Below, one piece after another: positions 63,972 through 64,000 of a stretch of DNA of 64,000 nucleotides; position 1 is the stretch's first letter; the number at the start of each line of letters is the position of its first letter. The translations under genes were made by a program, and so were the position numbers. Origin of the DNA: a bacterium (GTDB lineage Bacteria; Patescibacteriota; Minisyncoccia; Minisyncoccales; CG1-02-41-26); NCBI GenBank assembly GCA_021162885.1, contig JAGGXV010000022.1:57571-121570 (forward strand), written 5' to 3'. A model generated the notes under the pieces. That model was not told where the DNA came from and did no database searches. It saw only the letters and a program-made list of their open reading frames with translations.

Positions 63972-64000
63972 TTTCTTATTCGCTTAAACTAATTTTTCAG

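Overview
This is a low-GC (about 30-35%), gene-dense stretch of chromosome with a Candidate-Phyla-Radiation/Parcubacteria-like character: small housekeeping genes, lysine/glutamate-rich tails on ribosomal proteins, and no rplA after rplK. Almost everything is on the minus strand. Recognisable genes, left to right: dcw cluster (ftsI partial, ftsL, rsmH, mraZ); a surface-protein cluster (PKD/DUF11 protein, sortase, CAP protein, membrane-anchored Clp ATPase); tRNA-Val; rplL-rplJ with L10 leader; pfpI/DJ-1, mltG, pcm, ychF, nitroreductase; a tRNA-Trp / rpmG / tRNA-Thr / tRNA-Tyr cluster with a free-standing LAGLIDADG-like homing endonuclease inserted in it; trmD and a KH protein. A GC-rich foreign island (about 23.3-30.2 kb) then follows, inserted inside the rpsP-KH-trmD operon. 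After it come udk, rpsP, rnc, nusB, rpmF, rnhB, a pentapeptide-repeat protein, dnaE, thrS, a Kazal-domain secreted protein, miaB, miaA, rpsU, an aldolase, gatB, a dTMP-synthesis cluster (deoC, tmk, folD, glyA, duplicated thyX, dCMP deaminase), rplK-nusG-secE, intein-containing gyrB, pheT-pheS, tRNA-Asp, tRNA-Met, and a second LAGLIDADG endonuclease preceded by a group I intron-like ribozyme core. Six observations stand out. (1) Inside the island, three tandem perfect-consensus sigma70 promoters (TTGACA-17-TATAAT) drive an about 850-nt hairpin-rich leader into an operon of small unknown proteins that includes a Csx3/Crn3-like gene and a YkgJ-like Cys-rich protein. (2) The island also carries palindromic operators with GCGATCG cores, paired ~170-bp repeats, purine/pyrimidine hairpins and a vapBC pair. 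(3) Two families of short repeats ((GAAAATT)n/(GGGATTT)n/(GAGATTT)n heptamers, and ATTCGCGAAT palindromes) occur both as intergenic inverted-repeat elements and as in-frame insertions in essential genes (rsmH, trmD, rnhB, pheS, pheT, gatB, miaB, tmk, pfpI). (4) Two copies of a GC-rich MITE-like element with terminal inverted repeats sit inside operons (mraZ|rsmH and pheS|pheT). (5) A cluster of DnaA-box consensus sequences lies upstream of mraZ. (6) ftsI has an apparent frameshift in a homopolymer. Coordinates derived by hand from the sequence may be off by 1-2 nt.
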